The notes under the pieces: generated by a model
Told to the model about the DNA's origin: nothing
Seen by the model: the letters and a program-made list of their open reading frames with translations, nothing else
Database searches by the model: none
Shown here: positions 63,483-64,000 of the stretch, piece by piece
Numbering within the stretch: position 1 is the first letter of the stretch
Layout: the number at the start of each line of letters is the position of its first letter
From: Nemertoderma westbladi
Lineage: Eukaryota; Animalia; Xenacoelomorpha
Assembly (NCBI GenBank): GCA_032718475.1
Contig: JAUCBJ010009151.1
Span: 1-64,000, forward strand
DNA length: 64,000 bases
Direction of reading: 5' to 3'
Position numbers and translations under genes: made by a program

Positions 63483-64000
63483 TTTTTTTTTTTTACGGTT
63501 TTTTATTTTTTAATAACGAAAATAATCCATTAACATTGTAACTACGTAGCCTAATGCAAGAGTAGTATTCGTCACCACCCGTCACCAAGCAACAGTACCG
63601 CACTTTGTACAGTTAGGCCTACTGCAGTACTGTTTGGATCAAGCTGCCCACAGTTTACGATTGAACCGGAGTTGCGGTTGCTGTGTCAGCATTTGACAGC
63701 GTGATGGAGGTCTCCGCAATTTCGTGGTGAACCGGACGTCTGCTTGAGGAGCGGGACCCACGAAGGCACATTAGAGAAGATCTCAGAAGAGAGAAACTCA
63801 GTTGCCTCCGCGTCCATGACACACATTCCGGGTAGCTGATTCCACGTTTGTCCGCAATCTTTAGGGACAACCGCTTCACGAACTGCTGTGTTGTCGGCGC
63901 CATCCCTCCAAATGCAGAGAATATGAGGGGTGTAAAAGTCGATAACTCGACTTCACGGATACGCTCCTCATATTTTAGCTGCTTCCGTCGCTCGTGGTAT
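63483..64000 (-). mobile_element. 3' end of a CRE-like (restriction-like endonuclease) non-LTR retrotransposon; ORF ends at 63655
   Basis: YHERRKQLKYEERIREVELSTFTPLIFSAFGGM...LSFSLLRSSLMCLRGSRS is the typical CRE C-terminus; ~160-nt 3' UTR and poly(A) (T-run at 63483-63494). Confidence 0.8.

Overview
Eukaryotic (animal-like) repeat-dense region with no host gene and no prokaryotic features. Left to right: (A) a minus-strand Bel/Pao LTR element reduced to gag-protease with a 404-bp 3' LTR; (B) a head-to-head, 5'-truncated plus-strand Bel/Pao element (RNase H tail, integrase, decayed extra ORF, putative long 3' LTR); a full-length APE-type LINE with a 15-bp TSD; a 5'-truncated Ty3/Gypsy pol; (C) a complete Bel/Pao element (TSD AATAT, three LTR copies around a 100-N gap) whose gag is split by a TTAA-flanked Kolobok-like MITE; and a ~13-kb 39-bp satellite interrupted by (D) a 13.2-kb Bel/Pao element (TSD GTTAC) and (E) a Mag-like Gypsy element (TSD CTCGT), ending at the poly(A) tail of a CRE-like non-LTR element. 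Two observations stand out. First, both complete, mutually dissimilar Bel/Pao elements (C, D) lack a tRNA primer-binding site and instead carry an 11-12-nt perfect complement of a sequence inside their own LTR near the likely transcription start, the geometry of Tf1-type self-priming. Second, element D carries a ~875-codon cargo ORF joining a WRN/EXD-like DEDDy exonuclease fold to CCHC zinc knuckles. Family assignments come from motif recognition by eye; no searches were run.
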